DNA from: Synechococcus sp. A15-28
Lineage (GTDB): Bacteria; Cyanobacteriota; Cyanobacteriia; PCC-6307; Cyanobiaceae
Direction of reading: 5' to 3'
Assembly (NCBI RefSeq): GCF_014280175.1
Contig: NZ_CP047931.1
Coordinates: 1,170,001 to 1,202,000 of the forward strand
DNA: 32,000 nt
In this document: piece by piece, positions 18,921 to 26,950 of the stretch
Layout: the number at the start of each line of letters is the position of its first letter
Numbering within the stretch: the first letter of the stretch is position 1
Translations under genes and position numbers: made by a program
Notes under the pieces: generated by a model
Databases searched by the model: none
Seen by the model: the letters and a program-made list of their open reading frames with translations, nothing else
Told to the model about the DNA's origin: nothing

Positions 18921-19073
18921 TCAGGGAACAGACACCAAAGAGGCCGAAGCGATCAGAAGCGGATGATTGCCTCCGGCGGGCGAAAAGAATACCTTTTCTT
19001 CCCTTCATGACTTTGTCGAAGACGAATGCAAGATCAATAGGTATATATGCCAGTCAACAAATCGGCCATTGCA

Positions 19074-19120
19074 TCAGTGGCGTCAGCAAATGTCGCCGCT
19101 GAGTCATTTTTTTTATTTTT
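19074..19120 (+). terminator. Orphan Rho-independent terminator on the plus strand
   Basis: TCAGTGGCG-N11-CGCCGCTGA forms a 9-bp stem with one G-U pair on the plus-strand RNA. It is followed by GTCA, then T8-A-T5. On the minus strand the stem has a C-A mismatch and no U-run follows. Confidence 0.5.
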
Positions 19121-19126
19121 GCGTAA

Positions 19127-20215
19127 TCAATTACACAAAGACTCACCGAGCTGGATCAGCTGCTCCGCCGCCTGCAACGCGCCATCAGCCGCCAGTGGCT
19201 CCGCCTCCGGCGGAACCAGGGGTCGGTCCAGTTGCCAATCACCAGAGGTGAGTTGATCGCGGCTCAGCAGTCGGTGATGTCCATGTCGGATCAATCCCTG
19301 CATCAAGGCACTGACCTCGGCGAAATCACGGCGCTCCACCACATGCAGGCCCAGCTCCAGGGACAGGGCCTCAGAGAAGGTGCTGAAGCCCGGCTTGCCG
19401 ATGTGTCGCTCACAGAAGGGGAACGCATCCAGGGGACGAATTCCGTCAGGCAACAGCGTCAGGTTGGCGATACCGGCCAATCGCGCGGAGGTGTTCGGAT
19501 CGGGCGGACAGGCCATCAGGAAGTGATGATCCGGCCAGTGGGCGAACAGCTGCGGATCCAGATCCAGGCCCATGCCGCCGAAACCCACCTGAATGATCAG
19601 TTGATCCAGGGCCTCGAGCGTCTGTTGAAGCACGATCGGCAACGGCCTCGGGCTGCTGCAGACCAGGTCAAGCCGTTGCTCAGGCAATCCCCAGTCCATC
19701 GCGAGGTCAAAAGGACAGCGCAGCAGCAGTTGCCCGCACCTGTAGGACTCCAGGGCACGCTCCGCCATCAGCTCGAAGGCGCCGCCGAAGGGGCGATAGA
19801 TCTCGTCCCAGCCGAAATTGCTCATCCACACCAGAGGAGCATCAACGGCTTCAGCCAGCTGTGCTGCAGCGGGGGGAATGTCCCCCAGAATCAACACAGG
19901 CCGCCCCTGCTCCCGGATCCAGCTCGCCTCCGCTTGCACCTGCTGCGGCAATCGGGCATCCAGCTCAGCCAGGGCGATCAGCGTGGCGGACGGATCGGAA
20001 CCGAGGGCATCGGCCTGAACCATCCCGACATCCCAGCGGCAGGGGCGTTGTTCGATGTGCTCATCCCCCAGCAGCAGCGACAAAAACCCAGGACTGACCT
20101 GCGAACTCATCACAAGGCGCCAGTCGGGACGAAGCCGGCGCAGCTGCTGGAGAACGGCGGCATCCCTGGCGGCATGGCCAAAGCCATGGCTGCTGCTGCA
20201 GACGTAAATCAGCAC
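19127..20215 (-). CDS. Putative GT-B-fold glycosyltransferase-like protein (function uncertain)
   Basis: 362-aa ORF with a GTG start overlapping the upstream gene's stop by 7 nt. The N-terminal [15 protein letters not shown] resembles the glycine-rich N-terminal loop of MurG/GT1-type enzymes. The assignment is tentative. Confidence 0.6.
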   Translation of the reverse strand: MLIYVCSSSHGFGHAARDAAVLQQLRRLRPDWRLVMSSQVSPGFLSLLLGDEHIEQRPCRWDVGMVQADALGSDPSATLIALAELDARLPQQVQAEASWIREQGRPVLILGDIPPAAAQLAEAVDAPLVWMSNFGWDEIYRPFGGAFELMAERALESYRCGQLLLRCPFDLAMDWGLPEQRLDLVCSSPRPLPIVLQQTLEALDQLIIQVGFGGMGLDLDPQLFAHWPDHHFLMACPPDPNTSARLAGIANLTLLPDGIRPLDAFPFCERHIGKPGFSTFSEALSLELGLHVVERRDFAEVSALMQGLIRHGHHRLLSRDQLTSGDWQLDRPLVPPEAEPLAADGALQAAEQLIQLGESLCN

Positions 20216-21066
20216 GCCAGGGGCTCCTGACGGGGCAGAAGCTCCTGGTGCATCAGTCGACCGTCGGGTTGATACCAGCGATGGCTGAGGTGGGTCAGGG
20301 CTGGCCCCTCAAATTCAGCCCATGAAAAATGCAACAACTGCTGATTCCCGGCGTCGCGACCGCTGCGGGGGACGCAGGCAGCATTGAGATAAACCGTGCC
20401 ACGGCGGTCACGCACCAGGCTCTGACGCAGGCCGGAGCCTCGTTTGAGCTGGTGATGCATGTGGCCGAACACCACCAGATCGGGAATGCGATGGCGGGCG
20501 ATGCGATCGAGAGCCAGGGCCAGATCCTGATCGCCCCAGTCCAGTGCCGGGCTTTTCCAGTCACGACCGCAGGGACTGGAGGGATCCGAACCGAGACCGG
20601 TGGGTCCGCAGTGGGCCATAACCACTAGGGGCTGGTCCGCGGGCACCGCAGCCGCCGCCTTGGTGATCCGCTGAACGGATTCCTCCAAAGACACCGGTCC
20701 GTACACGGCCTCGACAGCCTTGGAGAGTTGGAACCCCCCGCCGGAACTGCAGGGGCGTCCCCCCACGATCGAGAGCGGCACGGGGTCGAGACTCAGCCGT
20801 TGCCAGCCGCAGTGAGCGCCATCGAGCACAGCAAGTTGCTGCCGAAGCACCCCGCCGCTGCGATCCCGACCTCGGTCGTGGTTCCCCAGGATCACGGCCA
20901 TGGGGTGAGGCAATGAACGGATGCGCCGAGTCAGCCGAAGATCGCCATCACTGAGATCACCGACGAACAGAACGGCATCGGGCTGAAGCTTGTCCAGCAG
21001 AAGCTCATCCTCTGCCCCCCAGGCGCCGTGCAGATCTCCTGCAATCGCAAGACGGAGATGCGTCAG
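20209..21066 (-). CDS. Calcineurin-like metallophosphoesterase (start codon unresolved)
   Basis: Motifs in order: AIAGDLHG (DxH), FVGDLSDGD (GDxxD), ILGNHD and VVFGHMHH. The track ORF starts at TTG 20913, which drops the first two motifs. The open frame continues up to the stop at 21076-21078, and its only candidate start is CTG 21066. Confidence 0.75.
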   Translation of the reverse strand: MTHLRLAIAGDLHGAWGAEDELLLDKLQPDAVLFVGDLSDGDLRLTRRIRSLPHPMAVILGNHDRGRDRSGGVLRQQLAVLDGAHCGWQRLSLDPVPLSIVGGRPCSSGGGFQLSKAVEAVYGPVSLEESVQRITKAAAAVPADQPLVVMAHCGPTGLGSDPSSPCGRDWKSPALDWGDQDLALALDRIARHRIPDLVVFGHMHHQLKRGSGLRQSLVRDRRGTVYLNAACVPRSGRDAGNQQLLHFSWAEFEGPALTHLSHRWYQPDGRLMHQELLPRQEPLAC

Positions 21067-21110
21067 AGCAGATGCCTAGGCTGAGGCCATCCTGCCCCGT
21101 CCAGACTCCG

Positions 21111-22043
21111 ATGAGCGCTGACACCGCCCTCGTTGCGGCGATCAACCGACTCCGGCAGGAGCGCAATGCCGTGATCCTGGCCCACTACTACCAGGAGCCT
21201 GAAATCCAGGACATCGCTGACTTCATCGGTGATTCACTCGAGCTGTCCCGCAAGGCCGCCAGCACCGATGCCGATGTGATCGCCTTCTGCGGTGTTCATT
21301 TCATGGCGGAGACCGCCAAGATCCTGAGCCCACAGAAAACGGTTGTGCTGCCAGATCTCGATGCCGGCTGTTCCCTGGCCGAGGACTGTCCCGCCGAAGC
21401 CTTCGCCGCCTTTCGCGAACAGCACCCAGACCACGTGGTGGTGAGTTACATCAACTGCACCGCCGCCGTGAAGGCCCAGAGCGATCTGATCTGCACCAGC
21501 AGCAATGCCGTTGATCTGGTGCGTCAGCTGCCCGATGACCAGCCCGTGCTGTTTGCCCCGGATCAGAACCTCGGGCGCTGGGTGCAACGTCAGAGCGGGC
21601 GGGAGCTCACCCTCTGGCCGGGCCGCTGCATCGTCCACGAAACCTTCAGCGAGGAGGCGGTTCTTCAACTCAAGATTGAGCACCCTGAGGCCGAGGTGAT
21701 TGCTCACCCGGAATGCCAGGAGAACCTTCTGGATCTGGCGGATTTCATCGGGTCCACCAGCAAGTTGCTGAACCACACCCAAACCAGCGCGGCTGACACC
21801 TTCATCGTGCTGACCGAGCCTGGGATCCTGCATCAGATGAAGCAGCGGGTGCCATCCAAAACCCTGATCGATGTTCCCGGGCTGGATGGCTGCAGCTGCA
21901 ATGCCTGCCCGTACATGCGACTGAACACCCTGCAGAAGCTGCACGATTGCCTGGAGACCCTCGAGCCGGCGGTGGAACTCAACGAGGAGCTGCGCCAGCA
22001 GGCCCTCAGGCCGATCGAACGGATGCTGGAGATGAGTCGCTAA
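21111..22043 (+). CDS. nadA: Quinolinate synthase
   Basis: [24 protein letters not shown] and later conserved Cys positions typical of NadA. ATG at 21111 (MSADTAL); ATG 21072 is an alternative. Confidence 0.95.
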   Translation: MSADTALVAAINRLRQERNAVILAHYYQEPEIQDIADFIGDSLELSRKAASTDADVIAFCGVHFMAETAKILSPQKTVVLPDLDAGCSLAEDCPAEAFAAFREQHPDHVVVSYINCTAAVKAQSDLICTSSNAVDLVRQLPDDQPVLFAPDQNLGRWVQRQSGRELTLWPGRCIVHETFSEEAVLQLKIEHPEAEVIAHPECQENLLDLADFIGSTSKLLNHTQTSAADTFIVLTEPGILHQMKQRVPSKTLIDVPGLDGCSCNACPYMRLNTLQKLHDCLETLEPAVELNEELRQQALRPIERMLEMSR

Positions 22044-22208
22044 CTCCGGCCAGCTCAGTCATCGTCGTATCCGTCGTCGTAGTGATCGTTGAACTGTTCC
22101 ACCCCCGCCTCACGGAAAGTGCTGTGCCCAGGCTTCGCGGAAATCCTGGTCCTCGTCGGGTCGCATCGTCGTACCAGCGATCTCCTTGATCCTGTCAGCT
22201 GATCCTCA

Positions 22209-23195
22209 GTGATTGAACGCACGGATGAAGGGCTGTACTGCCAGGCCGCCGATGCCTGGGTCGATCCCTGGCGTCCGGTACCCCGAGCCCTGATCACCCA
22301 TGCCCATGCCGACCACGCCCGTCCCGGATGCGGTGAGTACTGGGCTGTGGCCAGCAGTGAAGGCGTGCTCCGTCAACGCCTCGGCAAGGACATCACCCTG
22401 CACCCGGTTCAGTACGGCGAGGAGCACTGGCTGGGGCAATGCCGGGTGTCGTTCCACAGCGCCGGCCACGTGCTCGGATCAGCCCAGATCCGTCTGGAGG
22501 TGGATGGTGAAGTGTGGGTGGTGAGCGGGGACTACAAGCGGGATGCCGATCCCAGCTGCGAGCCCTTTGAACCGGTCCCCTGCGACGTGCTCATCACGGA
22601 GGCCACCTTCGGGCTGCCGATTTATCGCTGGCAGGCCGGGGCGGATGTCGCCGAAGACATCCGCGCCTGGTGGCAGGGGGACAGGCAGAGACCATCGCTG
22701 CTGTTCTGTTATGCCTTCGGCAAGGCGCAGCGGCTGATGGCGGAGCTCAACGCCATCGGCGTGAATGAGGAGGTGCTGCTGCACGGTGCTGTTGAAACCG
22801 TGACCCGTCACTACCGGGAAGCAGCTGTACCGATGACACCCAGCCGACCGGTCAGTGATCTTCCGAGATCAGACGACCTGGCCGGACGCCTGGTGCTGGC
22901 ACCGCCCTCGGCCCATCGCTCCAGCTGGATGCGTCGCTTCCGTTCCCCGCAGACGGGCTTCGCTTCAGGCTGGATGGCCGTCCGGGGGGCCCGGCGGCGC
23001 CGAGGTTACGAGCGGGGGTTCGTGCTCAGTGATCACGCCGACTGGCCTGGACTGATTCAGACGGTGCGTCAGTCCGGAGCCAGGAAGGTTTACGTCACCC
23101 ACGGCCAGAGCGACGTGCTGGCCCGTTATCTGCGCGAGATCGAGGGGATCGAAGCGGAGCCCCTCGAAACCCTGTTCGAAGGAGAGGTGGACTAA
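22209..23195 (+). CDS. Ligase-associated DNA damage response exonuclease (metallo-beta-lactamase fold)
   Basis: GLYCQAADAWVDPWRPVPRALITHAHADHAR is the characteristic N-terminus plus HxHxDH motif of this family. About 328 aa, GTG start. Confidence 0.88.
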   Translation: MIERTDEGLYCQAADAWVDPWRPVPRALITHAHADHARPGCGEYWAVASSEGVLRQRLGKDITLHPVQYGEEHWLGQCRVSFHSAGHVLGSAQIRLEVDGEVWVVSGDYKRDADPSCEPFEPVPCDVLITEATFGLPIYRWQAGADVAEDIRAWWQGDRQRPSLLFCYAFGKAQRLMAELNAIGVNEEVLLHGAVETVTRHYREAAVPMTPSRPVSDLPRSDDLAGRLVLAPPSAHRSSWMRRFRSPQTGFASGWMAVRGARRRRGYERGFVLSDHADWPGLIQTVRQSGARKVYVTHGQSDVLARYLREIEGIEAEPLETLFEGEVD

Positions 23196-23452
23196 AACTT
23201 GGCGATGCCGTCGGGGAGCTCCGGCAGATTCAGGTTGGCCTGACGACCTTCGATCGCGGCCTTCAGCGATTCGATCATCATGGCGTTGCCGCTGTCCTTG
23301 ATGGCCTCAAGTGCGGTCTCCAGTCGACGACGACGATCGGACGGGTCATCGGCCACTGCGGTGGAGGACGTGGAGGTGCTGCTCAGCGGAGCTGTAGTGG
23401 TGGCGCGTACGCGATCCAGCTGAGTGGCGAGGTTCTCCCAGAGCAGAGCCAT
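23192..23452 (-). CDS. Hypothetical small protein (86 aa)
   Basis: ATG start and GC-rich codon usage like the host genes. The layout is a helical N-terminus, an S/T-rich linker (TTTAPLSSTSTSSTA) and a helical C-terminus. Its stop shares the tetranucleotide CTAA with the exonuclease stop. Confidence 0.55.
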   Translation of the reverse strand: MALLWENLATQLDRVRATTTAPLSSTSTSSTAVADDPSDRRRRLETALEAIKDSGNAMMIESLKAAIEGRQANLNLPELPDGIAKF

Positions 23453-23599
23453 GTCGAATGAGCGTGATGGAACGACTGCCCGTCAGAACAGCACAGGTTC
23501 GGCAATTCATGACAACAGTGCGCGACAAAGACTTACAAATGTTTTCTTAATATTCAAGTTTCTTTATGGCATCCCTGGTCCGAAGAGGGTTATCGCGGA

Positions 23600-24322
23600 A
23601 TGAGTCAGTCCTGGGGGTCTGTGGTAGCTGCGCCCAAGCCCATCAACGAAGCTGAGCGGCTCCGCGCACTCAGCGAATACAGAATTCTTGGAACAAAGCC
23701 GGAAGAGAGTTTCGACAACATCACCAGCATGGCGGCCATGATCTGCCATGCCCCGATCGCCCTGATCTCCCTGGTCGATCAAAGTCGTCAGTGGTTCAAA
23801 TCCCGCGTGGGATGTGATCAGCAGGAAACAGAACGCGACATCTCGTTCTGCGCACACACGATTCTGAGCCCAAAGCCATTAATTGTTGAAGATGCCTTAT
23901 TGGATCAACGGTTCCAGGACAACCCGTTGGTAAAGGAGGATCCCCACATCCGTCTCTATGCCGGCTTTCCACTGAACACACCAAATCAACAGAGGATTGG
24001 AACACTCTGTGTGATTGATCGCATGCCCAAGTCTCTGACAAGTGTTCAGATTCACGTGATGCAACGACTGGCAAATCAAGTGGTCATTTTATTGGAATTG
24101 CGCCATAAATCCCTTGGTCTTCTGGAGGAGTTCTGCAAACTGCAAGACAACAAAGGCCTGATCTGCAGTTGCAGTTACTGCCGCAAAATCAGGGATGGCA
24201 ACGGAAGCTGGCAGCCCTTCGAGGACTACATGATGCGGCACAGCACCCTGAACTTCAGCCATGGAATCTGCCAGGGCTGCATGAGCAAGCACTTTCCCGA
24301 GGTCAGCCGGGCAGGCTGTTGA
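23600..24322 (+). CDS. GAF-domain protein with a C-terminal Cys/His-rich module
   Basis: The N-terminus is a GAF block (INEAERLRALSEYRILGT..ESFDNIT..A..ICHAPIALISLVDQSRQWFKS ... IRLYAGFPL ... IGTLCVID). The C-terminus reads ICSCSYCRKIRDGNGSWQPFEDYMMRHSTLNFSHGICQGC. Confidence 0.85.
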   Translation: MSQSWGSVVAAPKPINEAERLRALSEYRILGTKPEESFDNITSMAAMICHAPIALISLVDQSRQWFKSRVGCDQQETERDISFCAHTILSPKPLIVEDALLDQRFQDNPLVKEDPHIRLYAGFPLNTPNQQRIGTLCVIDRMPKSLTSVQIHVMQRLANQVVILLELRHKSLGLLEEFCKLQDNKGLICSCSYCRKIRDGNGSWQPFEDYMMRHSTLNFSHGICQGCMSKHFPEVSRAGC

Positions 24323-24401
24323 TCACGAGAACAACAGGAGCGAGGGCCACAGCGAGAAGGCCATAGGCGGTGATGGCACCTGCGAGGCGTTGGCGTGTCA
24401 T
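24303..24401 (-). CDS. Candidate 32-codon single-TM ORF
   Basis: Hand translation from ATG 24401 gives MTRQRLAGAITAYGLLAVALAPVVLVINSLPG-stop. My hand count of GC3 is about 66 percent. It overlaps the GAF gene 3' end by 20 nt. No RBS or homology is recognised. Confidence 0.25.
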   Translation of the reverse strand: MTRQRLAGAITAYGLLAVALAPVVLVINSLPG

Positions 24402-24449
24402 GGGCTTGTCTCAACTGGACACACCTTCGTTGCGAATCAGCTGAAATCC

Positions 24450-24467
24450 ATCCCCCATCCGGGGGAT
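24450..24467 (-). terminator. GC-rich hairpin just downstream of the DUF218 gene
   Basis: ATCCCCC-ATCC-GGGGGAT is a perfect 7-bp stem with a 4-nt loop, starting 6 nt after the stop at 24473. On the minus strand it is followed by GGATTT, so the U-run is only weak. Confidence 0.4.
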
Positions 24468-24472
24468 TGCGC

Positions 24473-25225
24473 TCACCAACTGCGATAAACCAGGCGTCCC
24501 ATCAACTCCCGAAGTGCCCGGGAACTGTCATCCAGGCTGCGAGAACGGGGTAACCATTGCAGCGAGTCATTCCAGATGGATCCGGCCCAGGGGGCGCGGG
24601 CCTGGAAATCCACCGGATAGGGCTGCACCGTCAGTCCCTGACGTTCAAACAGCACCTGAGCACGACGCATGTGGAAGGCACTGGTGACCAGGAGAACTGT
24701 TGGCTGATCCTGGGGAAGCAGACGACGGATCGCTTCCGCTTCCTGAGCAGTGTTCGTCACACGATCCGTCAGCCCGATCGATGTCACCGGCACACCCAGG
24801 TCCACAGCCTCAGCCCGATAGAGCTCACCCTCCGGCGGCAGACCAGGATGAAATGGGTTCTGCCCACGGGTGAAGAGCAAGCGTGAGGCGCGCCCTGCCT
24901 GGAACAGAGCAACGCCAGCCAGGAAACGATCCGGATCGTGCCACTCGCTGATCCGATCGGAACCCGGAGCTGGATGGCGTCCACCACTCAGCACGACGAT
25001 GGCATCAGCCCGCGGTGCCCTCGCCACGGAGCGCCGTTGCCAGGGATGTTCCACCCATCGCCACAGCAGCTGGGACACAACATCGGTGCTAAAAATCCAC
25101 AGCAGCGCCATGGCCGCAGCCACCAGCCAGCGGCGACGAAGCACGACGGCACAAGCGAGCAGTCCCAGAGCCGCTCCCAGGGGAAGCACAAGAAGCGGCA
25201 GAAGCTTGGAGAGCAGATAGGCCAC
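24473..25225 (-). CDS. DUF218 (YdcF/ElyC-like) membrane-anchored protein
   Basis: N-terminal TM helices, then the DUF218 blocks AIVVLSGG and LVTSAFHMRRA. GTG start. Confidence 0.85.
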   Translation of the reverse strand: MAYLLSKLLPLLVLPLGAALGLLACAVVLRRRWLVAAAMALLWIFSTDVVSQLLWRWVEHPWQRRSVARAPRADAIVVLSGGRHPAPGSDRISEWHDPDRFLAGVALFQAGRASRLLFTRGQNPFHPGLPPEGELYRAEAVDLGVPVTSIGLTDRVTNTAQEAEAIRRLLPQDQPTVLLVTSAFHMRRAQVLFERQGLTVQPYPVDFQARAPWAGSIWNDSLQWLPRSRSLDDSSRALRELMGRLVYRSW

Positions 25226-25262
25226 GGCAGCAGGTGGGGCTCACTGGTCAGGATGCCCCCAG

Positions 25263-26936
25263 ATGCATGCCTCCATGAAGGCCTTCCAGGCCCTGTTCGA
25301 TCAACTGGATCGGATGAATGGAACCAACGCCAAGGTCACGGCACTGGCGGACCACTTCCGCAGCACACCAGCGGAGGATTCCGCCTGGGCCCTTCACTTG
25401 ATGCTCGGTAAACGGCGCAGGCGACTGATCACCGGCCGGCGGTTGAGAGACATCCTGCGGGATCGGGGTGGACTGCCGGAATGGCTGATCGCCGACTGCC
25501 ATGGACAGGTTGGCGATTCCGCCGAAACGATCAGCCTGCTCTGGCCCGCCATCAGGGATCAAATTCAACCCCAATCAACGGATCTGCCCCCCATCAATGC
25601 AGAGCAACCGTTGCACTGGTGGATGGAAACCCTGCTGCCTGCCATCGGTGCTCTGAAGGACACCGAACAGGCCGATGCTGTGCTCAGCCTCTGGCATGCC
25701 CTGCCGGATGAACGCCATTTCATCGTCAACAAGTTGCTCACCGGGGGCTTCCGCGTCGGTGTGTCCACCGGCCTGATCAGCCGGGCTCTGGCCAGGGCCT
25801 TTGCCCTGGAGGACACCCTGGTGGTGCAGAGGTTGATGGGGGGATTCACGCCTTCAGCGGCCGCGTTTCTTGCCTTGTCTCGGCCGCAGGATCCCGAAGA
25901 ACAGCAATCCAGCGGCGTCCCCTACCCCTTCTTTCTGGCCAGTCCACTGGAGCCCGAACGTGTGTTGGAGACACCCGCCAGCGCCTGGCGGGTTGAGTGG
26001 AAATGGGATGGCATCCGTGGTCAACTGATCCATCGCGGCACGGGCGTTTATCTCTGGAGCCGGGGTGAAGAGCTGGTGAACGACAGCTTTCCGGAGCTCG
26101 TGGATGTGGCGACTGCCCTGCCGCAGGGAACGGTGCTGGATGGGGAGGTGATCTGCTGGCGCGAAGGCGATGCAACACCCCTGGGATTTGATCAGTTGCA
26201 GCGGCGTCTCGGCCGCAAAACAGTGGGCAACACGCTGAAGCGTGAGTGTCCGATGCGGTTTGTCGCCTACGACCTGCTGGAGATTGGCGGCGCCGACATC
26301 CGGCAGCTGCCTCTGCATGAACGACAACAACAGCTCGACGATGTGCTGAGCCATGTCGACCATGGCGAGGCATGGCGTCTGCACCGCAGCCCCAGCTGGG
26401 GGCTGAACAGCTGGAGTGTGCTCGAGGAACAGCGCAACAACGCCCGTCAGCACAAGGCGGAGGGTCTGATGCTGAAGGCTGTTGACTCCCCTTACCTCAG
26501 CGGCCGAAAGCGTGGTCATTGGTGGAAACACAAGCTTGAGCCGATGACCCTCGATGCCGTGCTCCTCTACGCCCAGGCTGGTAGCGGACGACGGGCCAAC
26601 CTCTTCACCGATTACACCTTCGGGCTCTGGAATGAAGAGGAACCACCCCAGCTGGTGACCTTCGCCAAGGCCTATTCAGGGTTGAATGATGAGGAGATTC
26701 TTGAACTGGATCGCTGGATTCGCCGCAATACCCTGCAACGGTTCGGACCGGCACGGTCCGTGAAAGCGGACCTGGTGTTTGAGATCGGATTTGAAGGAAT
26801 TCATCCGTCCAAACGTCACAAATCCGGCATTGCCGTGCGTTTCCCCAGGATTCTGCGCTGGCGTCAAGACAAACCAGCCGAAGAGGCTGATTGCCTTGGC
26901 GCCGCGCAAACACTGCTCGAAAGCACGGCAACATGA
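25263..26936 (+). CDS. ATP-dependent DNA ligase of the ligase-associated damage-response type
   Basis: The adenylation motif I is present as EWKWDGIRGQL (KxDG). The nucleotidyltransferase and OB-fold regions follow a long N-terminal DNA-binding-like domain. About 557 aa, as expected for this subfamily. Confidence 0.92.
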   Translation: MHASMKAFQALFDQLDRMNGTNAKVTALADHFRSTPAEDSAWALHLMLGKRRRRLITGRRLRDILRDRGGLPEWLIADCHGQVGDSAETISLLWPAIRDQIQPQSTDLPPINAEQPLHWWMETLLPAIGALKDTEQADAVLSLWHALPDERHFIVNKLLTGGFRVGVSTGLISRALARAFALEDTLVVQRLMGGFTPSAAAFLALSRPQDPEEQQSSGVPYPFFLASPLEPERVLETPASAWRVEWKWDGIRGQLIHRGTGVYLWSRGEELVNDSFPELVDVATALPQGTVLDGEVICWREGDATPLGFDQLQRRLGRKTVGNTLKRECPMRFVAYDLLEIGGADIRQLPLHERQQQLDDVLSHVDHGEAWRLHRSPSWGLNSWSVLEEQRNNARQHKAEGLMLKAVDSPYLSGRKRGHWWKHKLEPMTLDAVLLYAQAGSGRRANLFTDYTFGLWNEEEPPQLVTFAKAYSGLNDEEILELDRWIRRNTLQRFGPARSVKADLVFEIGFEGIHPSKRHKSGIAVRFPRILRWRQDKPAEEADCLGAAQTLLESTAT

Positions 26937-26950
26937 ATCCGGGTCAGGAA

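Noticed and set aside
19232-20230. 332-aa plus-strand ORF
   Set aside because: It is antisense to the GT-B-like gene. The product is Gln/Arg/Gly-rich with no motifs, and the minus-strand frame is linked to the upstream gene by overlapping stop and start.
20209-21066. Possibility that this metallophosphoesterase is the PdeM partner of the ligase-associated system
   Set aside because: It is on the opposite strand, separated from the exonuclease by nadA, and about 285 aa long. Its motif spacing, as I recall, fits a cyanobacterial/plant-type phosphoesterase family and not the shorter PdeM. An HMM comparison (TIGR04123 against others) is needed to be sure.
22055-22297. 80-aa minus-strand ORF ending in the acidic tail FNDHYDDGYDDD, and a 17-codon frame MRPDEDQDFREAWAQHFP in the nadA-exonuclease spacer
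   Set aside because: The 80-aa frame has no start codon inside the spacer; its only start lies within the exonuclease gene on the opposite strand. The 17-codon frame has an AAGGAG 15 nt upstream, which is too far. Joining the two frames would need a +1 frameshift, for which I see no evidence.
23530-23580. CTTACAAA and CTTAATAT elements upstream of the GAF gene that resemble Pho-box half sites
   Set aside because: The spacing is 15 nt, not the 11-nt periodicity expected for PhoB boxes. There are only two imperfect units.
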